Shown: positions 62,456 to 64,000 of the stretch, piece after piece
Layout of the letters: the number at the start of each line of letters is the position of its first letter
How positions within the stretch are numbered: the stretch's first letter is position 1
DNA from: an uncultured virus (IMG/VR IMGVR_UViG_3300036760_000336)
Lineage: Duplodnaviria; Heunggongvirae; Uroviricota; Caudoviricetes
IMG/VR virus record: IMGVR_UViG_3300036760_000336
Location: 1 to 64,000 of that record
Reading direction: 5' to 3' (one strand)
DNA length: 64,000 bases
Notes under the pieces: generated by a model
What the model was told of the DNA's origin: nothing
The model's database searches: none
Seen by the model: the letters and a program-made list of their open reading frames with translations, nothing else
Program-made: the position numbers and the translations under genes

Positions 62456-62760
62456 TAACGTCTAATATATTTTCCGATGGTTTCTATTGGTCCATGATAA
62501 ATGTCAATTCTACGATAACCTTCGGAGGTCATAATGTACGAATAAATCCAGACTTTGGAATTCGGTTTGACGTTCATTTCTCTGTCAATACCCTTGAGTG
62601 TGGTCATAACGACGTTTTTAGAACCAAAAATTATGGGTTCGATAAAGTCATTATCGAATAAAAAAGAGGTATTAAGGTCGGGATAAAATAAATGAAATAC
62701 ATTGCCTATTATTTTATTTCTTTTATTTGGATTTACAACATTTTTCGGTATCATATCCAT
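62452..62760 (-). CDS. hypothetical protein
   Basis: start moved to ATG 62760 to avoid overlap with the divergent gene. Confidence 0.5.
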   Translation of the reverse strand: MDMIPKNVVNPNKRNKIIGNVFHLFYPDLNTSFLFDNDFIEPIIFGSKNVVMTTLKGIDREMNVKPNSKVWIYSYIMTSEGYRRIDIYHGPIETIGKYIRRY

Positions 62761-62816
62761 AAATAGCGTTAAAATAACTTGAATGCTCTCTGGAAATATG
62801 GTATTCTCTGAAAAAT

Positions 62817-63122
62817 ATGAAAGAAATAGTTTATTTGAATCATACGTGTGCTCGTCTTCCGGAAGGAAAAGAAAAAGGCCGATGGAATTTTTCTGATATA
62901 GTAGCGTCACCACTTCCAATTAAATGTAAAGTTACAATAAATAAAAATATAGTAATAGATAATGTTTACGTTTACCATAAAGATAATGGCCCATATATTC
63001 TCTATAAAGATTATGAAATATATCCGGTGAGAATGGATTATGATTCATATTATCAACTTATTGGAAAAGAAATGGTACTAGAGTTCAAGTCTGACGATTT
63101 TGTAATACAATCATGTGAATAG
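62817..63122 (+). CDS. hypothetical protein
   Basis: 101-aa ORF. Confidence 0.55.
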   Translation: MKEIVYLNHTCARLPEGKEKGRWNFSDIVASPLPIKCKVTINKNIVIDNVYVYHKDNGPYILYKDYEIYPVRMDYDSYYQLIGKEMVLEFKSDDFVIQSCE

Positions 63123-63130
63123 ATATTGAT

Positions 63131-63295
63131 ATGGGTAAAACATATAGAAAAGATAACAAATTCCGATTAAAGAAAAATGGTCGTGTATTTGTAAAAGATC
63201 AACCGTGGAAGAAAAATAAACATAAAAATAATTCGCCTCCGGAAGAGAAACCTCTTCCAGAACCGGCGGATTATCTCAACCAATTTCTTAACTGA
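63131..63295 (+). CDS. 54-aa basic protein (not in ORF track)
   Basis: MGKTYRKDNKFRLKKNGRVF...LNQFLN fills the gap between neighbouring genes. Confidence 0.55.
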   Translation: MGKTYRKDNKFRLKKNGRVFVKDQPWKKNKHKNNSPPEEKPLPEPADYLNQFLN

Positions 63296-63297
63296 CT

Positions 63298-63516
63298 ATG
63301 ACAACATTTTTCATGCTAATAGCGTACATCCTATTGATAGGATTGGGAATGTTATTTTACTTATTGCATAACCGAGTGGAAAATTTGGCAACAAAACTTA
63401 ACCAGTCGGTGCAATGGCAGATTATTCTAAGAGACAATCAAGACGTTCTCCAAAATGATTTCAAGAGACTTTTCAATGAGTTCCAAAATATCAAAAAAGA
63501 AGTCAATCAAAAATGA
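63298..63516 (+). CDS. small membrane-anchored coiled-coil protein
   Basis: N-terminal hydrophobic helix followed by heptads. Confidence 0.6.
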   Translation: MTTFFMLIAYILLIGLGMLFYLLHNRVENLATKLNQSVQWQIILRDNQDVLQNDFKRLFNEFQNIKKEVNQK

Positions 63517-63586
63517 GGAGCCGAAAAGATGTCAGAGAAAAATAGTTTTCCGAAGGAAAAATTACTTAAACAAAAAAAGGAATTAT

Positions 63587-63925
63587 ATGGAAGCGGGTGA
63601 AATGGATTGTAAAATAGCAGAAGCAATTGGTTGGACACTTATACAACGATGTGAAGAACTAGATGATCTCTATGCCCTTATATATGGATTGCCGCCTGGA
63701 GTAATAATACAATCAGAAAAAGAATATGACTCCAAATGTCAAATAGTACCCCGCTTTGTCCGCTTTCCACCAGATATAAAAGCAAGGTGTGATGCTAAAC
63801 AAACACTTACACAAGAAGAATTAAAACGTTATGACGTAGAATTGGAAAATATGTCCTCAAAATTAAAACAAAGATATCAATGTGGTGAAACTTTCTTACG
63901 TATAAAAAATCTGTGGAAAGAATAA
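63587..63925 (+). CDS. hypothetical protein
   Basis: AAGGA SD before ATG 63587; D..IAE..GW motif. Confidence 0.6.
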   Translation: MEAGEMDCKIAEAIGWTLIQRCEELDDLYALIYGLPPGVIIQSEKEYDSKCQIVPRFVRFPPDIKARCDAKQTLTQEELKRYDVELENMSSKLKQRYQCGETFLRIKNLWKE

Positions 63926-64000
63926 TTTGAAATAAAAAAGCAAACTACAGGAGACGAGATGAAAAGGATTAATGACAATCTTCCAAAGAAGAAGTCATTA

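Noticed and set aside
1..64000. Genome-wide stop-codon reassignment (TAG or TGA) suggested by in-frame stops at 5045 and 47058
   Set aside because: Coding density is already high with the standard code. TAG ends the RNR at its canonical C-terminus (55790-55792) and TGA ends the tube gene and many coupled genes.
1..64000. tRNA or rRNA genes (expected given the CCA enzyme)
   Set aside because: Intergenic gaps are short and I found no cloverleaf with a T-loop GTTCRA signature; a tRNAscan run would be needed to exclude them fully.

Overview
A 64-kb, AT-rich, densely coding fragment of a large contractile-tailed (myovirus, distantly T4-related, probably jumbo) phage genome read with the standard code. 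It has four parts. (i) 2-6521 is a minus-strand, translationally coupled operon of enzyme-domain proteins: ADP-ribosyltransferase/Tpt1-like domains, a zincin, a CCA-adding enzyme, a J-domain protein and a Nudix/cell-wall-hydrolase fusion. Five of the seven begin with an MI(K/R)LKxLLxE-type leader and one with a T4-like YKTFFRE leader. (ii) 6740-40032 is a plus-strand neck/tail module (neck, tail terminator, fibre-like proteins, sheath, tube, assembly proteins, tape measure, baseplate). It is interspersed with homing-endonuclease-like genes and further leader-bearing multidomain proteins. (iii) 40077-55792 holds replication and nucleotide genes (PolA-like, SSB, RecA, 5'-3' exonuclease, helicase, class II RNR, DNA methyltransferases). 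(iv) 55829-64000 holds a MoxR-VWA pair and small genes, several behind sigma70-type promoters. A recurrent ATATTTATA motif precedes structural and leader-bearing genes and is a candidate late promoter. The most interesting inferred system is a set of late, probably capsid-packaged effector proteins and polyproteins carrying a shared N-terminal leader and internal (I/L/V)-x-E junctions that match prohead-protease cleavage sites. Other notable signals are an alternative-pairing RNA switch before an endonuclease gene, a likely +1 frameshift in a tail assembly gene, and several genes broken by single stops or homopolymer frameshifts. All product calls come from motif recognition by eye; no database search was run.
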